A stretch of 60,025 nucleotides of DNA, filler included, from Asterionella formosa (taxonomy: Eukaryota), in the NCBI GenBank assembly GCA_002256025.1. It is 10 parts of 10 records of this genome, joined end to end, with 100 filler letters (N's around TTAATTAATTAA, not from the genome) between each part and the next. Parts side by side here need not be neighbours in the genome. Positions count along the whole stretch, not along the records: positions 54,127 to 60,025 come from NKIB01012890.1; 9 more parts are not named here. One strand, written 5' to 3'. The position numbers and the translations under genes were made by a program. Under the pieces are notes generated by a model that worked only from the letters and a program-made list of their open reading frames with translations, made no database searches and was not told where the DNA came from. Below are positions 59,831-60,025 of this stretch, piece by piece. Numbering within the stretch: position 1 is the first letter of the stretch; every line of letters starts with the position of its first letter.

Positions 59831-60025
59831 CATCTAAGCCGCGTATTACGTGAAGTGACCATCACATAAATAAGCCTAGTTGATTTTGAATGCATCACAT
59901 GAATTAGTTGAATACATCAAAATACGTAGTTGAATATATCTATATATTATCTGAATACATCACGTTAAATATTTGATCAAAGTATCATGCATGCATTCCT
60001 GATCATCACTATATTATGTGATCAC
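59831..60025 (+). repeat. Dispersed repeat / transposon terminus shared with 42569-42763
   Basis: Reverse-complement match that runs off the window end. Confidence 0.85.

Overview
This is not one contiguous locus. It is ten unrelated ~5.9 kb contigs joined by artificial 100-nt linkers (N44-TTAATTAATTAA-N44). Contigs are approximately 1-5937, 6038-11973, 12074-17996, 18097-24009, 24110-30009, 30110-36018, 36119-42025, 42126-48026, 48127-54026 (internal gap 51927-52544) and 54127-60025. The DNA is eukaryotic (GT-AG introns) and, by inference from its TE and gene families, most likely a diatom or other stramenopile. Apparently intact genes: two tandem NYN (LabA/DUF88 PIN) ribonuclease + OST-HTH/LOTUS genes, a SAM methyltransferase, a 4-exon CaMK-like kinase with a predicted acylation signal, a contig-truncated trypsin and an LRR ORF. 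Pseudogenes: an ankyrin-kinase-coiled-coil gene and an ARM-repeat gene. Decayed mobile elements from about seven superfamilies: Ty1/Copia, PIF/Harbinger, pogo/DDE_1-like, hAT, non-LTR APE-RT, Plavaka-like and Crypton. Best candidates for something new: (1) the NYN-LOTUS pair, where one copy has a MARF1-like multi-LOTUS array behind a mitochondrial-like leader and its paralog lost that leader through a TGG>TAG stop plus an AAG>ATG new start; (2) strong enrichment of the palindrome TACCGGTA; (3) several structured repeats. All family assignments come from motif recognition by eye; no database searches were run.
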